Source: Penicillus capitatus (lineage: Eukaryota > Plantae > Chlorophyta). Taken from it: 64,000 nt of DNA. The notes beneath the pieces are model-generated. The model was not told the origin of the DNA, did not search any database, and saw only the letters and a program-made list of their open reading frames with translations. Both the position numbers and the translations under genes were made by a program. The DNA is taken from NCBI GenBank assembly GCA_965649825.1, contig OZ287704.1, positions 404,101 through 468,100 of the forward strand. Direction: 5' to 3'. Of this stretch, positions 63,271 to 64,000 are shown in pieces (position 1 is the stretch's first letter; each line of letters begins with the position of its first letter).

Positions 63271-64000
63271 TCACGTATAGAGGACATCGTTGTCTTCCGT
63301 GGAGGCGGACCACACGCTTTTTGCAATTTTGAGTGCGATCGGTTTGTACGGGGCGTCGATCGACAGCAGATCGCGCAGGCCTCGAAGGAAAACGGCGTCC
63401 GACGATGTCTCTACTGAACGACTGCCAGAAGGGTCCGGTCGGTAGCCTGAAAAGAACAGGAGCGGCGTGTGCAGACGGACAACGGAGGTACCTGGTGTCA
63501 GGAGGCAGGTGGTATGGATCTGCAAAACGTCGGCGAAATGCAGCCATGATGCGAACATCGCATCGGGAATCTCGAAGCTCTCGGGAAGAGGACGGCCGGG
63601 CGGCTGTCCCTGTCCCTGGCCGTGGAGTTCGATGCAATAGAGGCCTGCATATCCGTCACATCGAATGCCGCCCTGATGGCACTCACCCGGATCGGGAGGC
63701 CGTGTCATTCGCAAGGTCGTCAAGATGATGAGACGGCCTTCGCCGAGGAGATCGACCTCGCACTTGTCCCTGAGGAGATCAAAGCACGAGGAGACGAAGT
63801 GAACGCACGCGTCGCTTCTCGGCTTAACGTTCAGCAGCAAGAAGGAGATCTGCAGCAGTGAGGCTCTCGGCATGGCGCGTCTGCGTGGATCGACGCACCT
63901 CTCCATCGTCGAACAGCATGACAGGAGGCAACGCATGATGCACCGAGTCATCGACGGCCAGTGCCGCCGCGCTGGGCGACAACGAAGGCGGCGTTATCGG
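63271..64000 (-). CDS. Proteasome assembly chaperone PAC1/PSMG1-like (5' truncated by window edge)
   Basis: Open frames joined by short GT-AG introns; RPLPESFEIPDAMFASWLHFADVLQIHTTCLLTPG resembles the PAC1/2 core; ends DVLYT*, an HbYX motif like human PSMG1 (..NIYT). Confidence 0.55.

Noticed and set aside
1-64000. rRNA, CRISPR arrays, prokaryotic defence or viral hallmark genes
   Set aside because: None recognisable; intron-rich eukaryotic genes throughout.

Overview
Gene-dense (~50% GC) eukaryotic nuclear DNA, most plausibly a green alga (inference from a plastid-type trigger factor and Era with transit-peptide-like N-termini, a TON2/FASS-like gene and the standard code; secreted trypsin-like and peroxidase-cyclooxygenase genes fit Ulvophyceae/Bryopsidales, but I cannot confirm this). 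About 28 intron-containing or single-exon genes can be reconstructed by hand. Introns are mostly 45-60 nt with weak splice signals, so the ORF track shows fragments. Housekeeping genes: Era, GPR107/108, Leo1, Rab7, DnaJ type I, hnRNP Q/R-like, U-box, TON2/PPP2R3C-like, eIF6, PABPN1, RING, phosducin-like 2, DDX6, LUC7, trigger factor, PAC1/PSMG1-like. Accessory genes: an orphan type I membrane protein, two paralogous Cys-rich secreted proteins, two tandem-domain trypsin pseudoproteases, a heme peroxidase, a catalytically altered alpha/beta hydrolase, a multi-MATH protein, and a beta-helix/multipass receptor-like gene plus an internally deleted copy with an in-frame TAG. Most notable: an A-rich decoy-acceptor intron in PABPN1 (candidate autoregulation), a frame-shifting micro-exon in LUC7, conserved His57-to-Ser in all four trypsin domains, co-oriented genes only 52-114 nt apart (bicistronic candidates), convergent genes with abutting stop codons, and a 183-bp higher-order repeat (43+61+79) into which a spliced ORF decays at 58.2-59.3 kb. 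No rRNA, tRNA or CRISPR found. All exon structures are manual and unverified by RNA data.
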